Positions 13,561 through 16,129 of a DNA stretch of 16,129 bases are shown here, in pieces; within the stretch, counting starts at the first letter, position 1, and each line of letters opens with the position of its first letter. The notes beneath the pieces are model-generated. The model saw only the letters and a program-made list of their open reading frames with translations. It searched no databases and was not told the origin of the DNA. Both the position numbers and the translations under genes were made by a program. Source of the stretch: Candidatus Woesearchaeota archaeon. Its GTDB lineage: Archaea > Nanobdellota > Nanobdellia > SCGC-AAA011-G17 > PNOQ01. The stretch is taken from NCBI GenBank assembly GCA_964344655.1, contig CAYFOF010000004.1:17315-33443 (forward strand), given 5' to 3'.

Positions 13561-13580
13561 AAAAGGTTTATAAACCTTTT
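13561..13580 (-). promoter_or_regulatory. Perfect 20-nt palindrome AAAAGGTTTATAAACCTTTT containing a TATA box; promoter of the S-layer-like gene and/or a hairpin ending the upstream operon
   Basis: I verified the self-complementarity base by base. TTTATAAA is centred about 58 nt upstream of the ATG at 13512, which would give a 5' UTR of about 30 nt carrying GGAGGG. The element lies 18 nt after the stop of the Zn-ribbon gene. Confidence 0.5.
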
Positions 13581-13597
13581 GGTAGCTCAAAATTCAC

Positions 13598-13978
13598 TTA
13601 AATTTCCTCTATTTTGTCTTCACCAAAAGCAGAAACAAGATCTATAATATACTTGCCATTTCCATACTTATAAATAACAGGCTCTCCTTTAAATAAATCA
13701 ACCAAATTAAGTTCATACTTACCTGGTTTAAGAACTCTAACAGACTCTATATCTAAATATACTGGAGAATCATCTCCTTTAACATCAACAATTTCTTTTA
13801 TATCTTCTTCAATTTGTACTCTATCTTCTTTTGTCAACTGAGCAGACATTTTCTTTACTTTATCTAATGCCTTTTGACTCATAAAGAAAAAAAACTTACT
13901 TCCACAAGAACATCCACTCAATAACTCTTTTGCTCCATCATCAAAAAAGTTTCCGCATCTAACACATTGGTGTGGCAT
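13598..13978 (-). CDS. Zn-ribbon protein, DUF2072-like (archaeal)
   Basis: 126 aa. The N-terminal MPHQCVRCGNFFDDGAKELLSGCSCGSKFFFF has a CxxC...CxC four-Cys ribbon. This matches my recollection of the archaeal DUF2072/COG3364 N-terminus. The start lies 1 nt after the upstream stop (TAAAATG). Confidence 0.75.
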   Translation of the reverse strand: MPHQCVRCGNFFDDGAKELLSGCSCGSKFFFFMSQKALDKVKKMSAQLTKEDRVQIEEDIKEIVDVKGDDSPVYLDIESVRVLKPGKYELNLVDLFKGEPVIYKYGNGKYIIDLVSAFGEDKIEEI

Positions 13979-13979
13979 T

Positions 13980-14360
13980 TTAATTCATCATCAAATCTAT
14001 ACGATTTGGATTTTTTCTTATTTCTTTAACTAAATTTGCAGGTCCAATAATAGTTAATGTATCTCTATTTTTCAAAAATACATTGTAAAAAGCACTTTTT
14101 AGTGCCATTGGAACCTTTCCATCGTTTTTTTTACCCTTTCCGTTTTGATCAGGCAAAATAGTACAAAAAGATATGCCTGAAAATTTCTTAGTAATTTGAC
14201 CCATAGTTTCTTCAATCAACCGTGCTTCCTCGTTTGGTTTCAATCTACCTTGCATCAACACAATTTTATTCTTCTTAACAATCTTAAAAACTTTCTTTAG
14301 TTTTTCTTCAGTATCCAATCCCGCATACTCTCTATGAGGCAAATATTGAAAAGATATCAT
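13980..14360 (-). CDS. DUF2073-like archaeal protein
   Basis: 126 aa. IVLMQGRLKPNEEARLIEETM resembles the conserved (E)GLTPEEEAxLIExTM core I recall for DUF2073. It is sandwiched between the GTPase and the Zn-ribbon gene, with a TAAAATG junction on both sides. Confidence 0.7.
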   Translation of the reverse strand: MISFQYLPHREYAGLDTEEKLKKVFKIVKKNKIVLMQGRLKPNEEARLIEETMGQITKKFSGISFCTILPDQNGKGKKNDGKVPMALKSAFYNVFLKNRDTLTIIGPANLVKEIRKNPNRIDLMMN

Positions 14361-14361
14361 T

Positions 14362-14994
14362 TTACTTAACTAATCGGAATACCTCCTTATAAAAGTTTTC
14401 AATATTCTTCCCTTTTTGAGCAGAAATTCCTATAACATCATACTGTGGAAAAGCAGATTCTATCTTCTTCAAATTTGATGATTTCAAATCAACTTTATTT
14501 CCAACAATTAAAACAGGAATATCTCTTGCAGCTAAGTTTCCTATAATAGTAATATTAACTTGCGAATATGGATTTTTCGTACTATCCAAAACAACAACAA
14601 CACAATCAACATTATCTAACCATTTTATAGCTTCAATAACTCCTTTTGTTGCTTCCTTGGCTCTTTTTTTAGCTTTGGTCTTACTAATTTTATGTTTCAA
14701 AAAATCTTCATAATCAATTTGTGTAGCAATTCCCGGAGTATCAATTAAATTAAAAGATAATTTCTTACCACTAGATTCAATTTCAACTTTCTCTTTTACT
14801 TTAATCTCTCTAGTCTCATGTGGAACACTTGATGCACTCCCCATTTCTTCACCCAGCCAATCCATACAAATCCTATTAGCTAAAGTTGTTTTTCCGGCAT
14901 TAGGAGGACCATAAAACCCCAACTTAATCCCAGATTTCCTTCTAAAAAGTCCGCCAAGAACTTTATTAAAAATAGATTTAAATTTTTTTATCAT
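14362..14994 (-). CDS. Small P-loop GTPase (TRAFAC class) with an amphipathic basic N-terminus
   Basis: 210 aa. Motifs present:
- G1: GPPNAGKTT;
- G2: candidate Thr in HETREI;
- G3: DTPG;
- G4: NKVD;
- G5: ISAQ.
A Lys-rich insert follows G3. The SD is AAGGGGTT. Confidence 0.88.
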   Translation of the reverse strand: MIKKFKSIFNKVLGGLFRRKSGIKLGFYGPPNAGKTTLANRICMDWLGEEMGSASSVPHETREIKVKEKVEIESSGKKLSFNLIDTPGIATQIDYEDFLKHKISKTKAKKRAKEATKGVIEAIKWLDNVDCVVVVLDSTKNPYSQVNITIIGNLAARDIPVLIVGNKVDLKSSNLKKIESAFPQYDVIGISAQKGKNIENFYKEVFRLVK

Positions 14995-15032
14995 TCATAT
15001 AACCCCTTCTTAAAAAAATAGGCAAATCTTAA

Positions 15033-15041
15033 CTTATAAAG
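15033..15041 (-). promoter_or_regulatory. TATA-like element (CTTTATAAG on the minus strand) upstream of the GTPase operon
   Basis: It lies about 43 nt upstream of the ATG at 14994. The SD AAGGGGTT (15001-15008) lies in the predicted 5' UTR. Confidence 0.35.
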
Positions 15042-15049
15042 ATTTCTAT

Positions 15050-15056
15050 AAAAAAA
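15050..15056 (-). terminator. T7 run directly after the pilin-like gene
   Basis: The minus strand reads TTTTTTT beginning 2 nt after the TAA stop at 15059-15061. Confidence 0.35.
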
Positions 15057-15058
15057 TG

Positions 15059-15436
15059 TTATTTTCTCCAAAGATATAATGTAAACGTTTTAGCAGAATT
15101 TGTTTCGTTAACAATTATAACACTATCAACATATAAATCCGCATCACTCTTTACAAACAAATTATCATCAATAGTATAATTACTTCCAATTGTTTGAGGA
15201 ACTTCATCTAATAAATTAACAAAATTCCCACACAAAGATTCATCAAAAACACAATCACGATAATTTAAATCATTTTGAACTTGCCCCAATATATTATTCT
15301 GTAATAAAGAAATATCTTCTGGTACCGAGGGATTATCTGCTCCTCTCATAGAAATTGAAAATAAAATAACTCCCAATAAAATCAACAAAGCAATTACCGC
15401 TTCCAATGTTTGCAAATACCCTCTTTTATTTACCAT
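15059..15436 (-). CDS. Type IV pilin-like protein with a class III signal peptide
   Basis: 125 aa. The N-terminus MVNKRG/YLQTLEAVIALLILLGVILFSI has a short basic n-region ending in Gly, followed by a hydrophobic helix of about 22 residues with Q and E near its start. That pattern is typical of archaeal prepilin peptidase substrates. The start overlaps the upstream gene by 7 nt (ATGGTAA). Confidence 0.7.
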   Translation of the reverse strand: MVNKRGYLQTLEAVIALLILLGVILFSISMRGADNPSVPEDISLLQNNILGQVQNDLNYRDCVFDESLCGNFVNLLDEVPQTIGSNYTIDDNLFVKSDADLYVDSVIIVNETNSAKTFTLYLWRK

Positions 15437-16128
15437 GTTTTTACCAACACACTAATTGGTGTTACACTCCCATCTTCATTTATCATAACATCTGACCAAC
15501 TAACTACATAAACATTGTCATTTTCTGTGGGCTCACTTACATTATAATTATATAATAAATTAGTAAAAGTTACTGAATCATAAACATAAACATTCACATT
15601 TTTCGTTAAAGGATATTTCAAAGCTTCCTTAAATTCTTCATAACCCAAAGCAGATAGATCATTAAACCTTACTTCTGAAAACCCATATAATCTTTCTCCA
15701 ATCCCCAAAGTTGCATTATAGACGGTTGTAGGATTTCCTCCTGCAGGAACATGAACATTATTAGAATAATTAGAATAATACAACAAATATGAATAAACTC
15801 CAGAAGAAGGAGGATGTGTTGTAAACCTTAATTGATCTCCATTCAACTCCAAATCATTAATTAAACTTCCATCAAAATCATACATTGCAAGATTAACATC
15901 AGAAGTAGCTCCAGCTTTATCCATGCCATAAACATCTATTCTTCTTTCAGGAAAATTAGGTCCAAAGATTTCAACAAAAATTGGATATCTAAAAACTTCA
16001 TGGTAGCTTGCTTCTTTAAATCCTTTTGAAGCAATTTCTCCCAAATACTCTTCAGAATACTCAGAACTCAAAGAAGGACCAAACCAAATAAATAACAATA
16101 ATAAAAATATAACAAACACTCCAAAACT
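15430..16128 (-). CDS. Pilin-like or envelope protein, 5' end probably truncated by the window edge
   Basis: The reading frame stays open to the window end: the codons upstream of the GTG at 16119 read S-F-G with no stop. The visible N-terminus is a hydrophobic helix (FVIFLLLLFIWFG), followed by a beta-rich, Tyr/Asn-rich domain with N-x-S/T sequons (NYS, NAT, NVS). It is coupled to the downstream pilin-like gene. Confidence 0.65.
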   Translation of the reverse strand, partial: SFGVFVIFLLLLFIWFGPSLSSEYSEEYLGEIASKGFKEASYHEVFRYPIFVEIFGPNFPERRIDVYGMDKAGATSDVNLAMYDFDGSLINDLELNGDQLRFTTHPPSSGVYSYLLYYSNYSNNVHVPAGGNPTTVYNATLGIGERLYGFSEVRFNDLSALGYEEFKEALKYPLTKNVNVYVYDSVTFTNLLYNYNVSEPTENDNVYVVSWSDVMINEDGSVTPISVLVKTW

Positions 16129-16129
16129 T

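Noticed and set aside
13513-15058. A replication origin might lie next to the GTPase/DUF2073/DUF2072 triad, by analogy with the origin-adjacent position I recall for these genes in Haloferax.
   Set aside because: The flanking spacers are only 85 and 64 nt, with no repeated ORB-like boxes and no orc1/cdc6 gene in the window. The 20-nt palindrome is better explained as a TATA promoter or a hairpin.
1-16129. I looked for tRNA, rRNA, CRISPR arrays, transposases, integrases and terminal inverted repeats.
   Set aside because: Intergenic spacers are 0-132 nt and uniformly AT-rich, with no GC-rich cloverleaf-sized segment. There is no regularly spaced direct repeat and no ORF with recombinase or transposase motifs. 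A covariance-model scan would still be needed to exclude small ncRNAs.

Overview
This is an AT-rich (roughly 30% GC by eye), very tightly packed window that looks archaeal. The evidence is an archaeal-type RNase HII, pilin-like proteins with class III-type signal peptides, and a pair resembling the archaea-specific DUF2072/DUF2073 families. TATA boxes also sit about 26 nt ahead of starts that lack a Shine-Dalgarno (SD) site, other genes have SD sites complementary to the 16S 3' end, and genes end in oligo-T terminators. The compaction and gene content fit a small-genome, possibly DPANN-like, archaeon, but that is inference.

Positions 1-7120 carry housekeeping genes: rnhB, purA, a COG2509-like FAD-dependent oxidoreductase, an unusually short 944-aa SMC, and two orphan ORFs.

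Positions 7115-16129 are one co-directional minus-strand block dominated by cell-envelope genes:
- a LamG/CBM-like membrane-anchored protein;
- a roughly 860-aa protein with five Ig-like repeats, which appears split by a frameshift into a 259-aa half carrying the signal peptide and a 613-aa half carrying the membrane anchor;
- a translationally coupled 75-aa ORF;
- a 17-Cys putative lipoprotein;
- an acidic S-layer-like protein with its own strong promoter, strong SD and distinct codon usage;
- a translationally coupled GTPase / DUF2073-like / Zn-ribbon (DUF2072-like) triad of unknown function;
- two pilin-like genes, the last running off the window edge.

I found no rRNA, tRNA, CRISPR array, transposase or integrase.

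The items most worth following up are:
- the split surface protein and its duplicated acidic-hydrophobic cytoplasmic tail motif;
- an N-terminal leader module shared, in the same register, by two otherwise unrelated secreted proteins;
- the Arf-like amphipathic N-terminus of the triad GTPase;
- the short-armed SMC.
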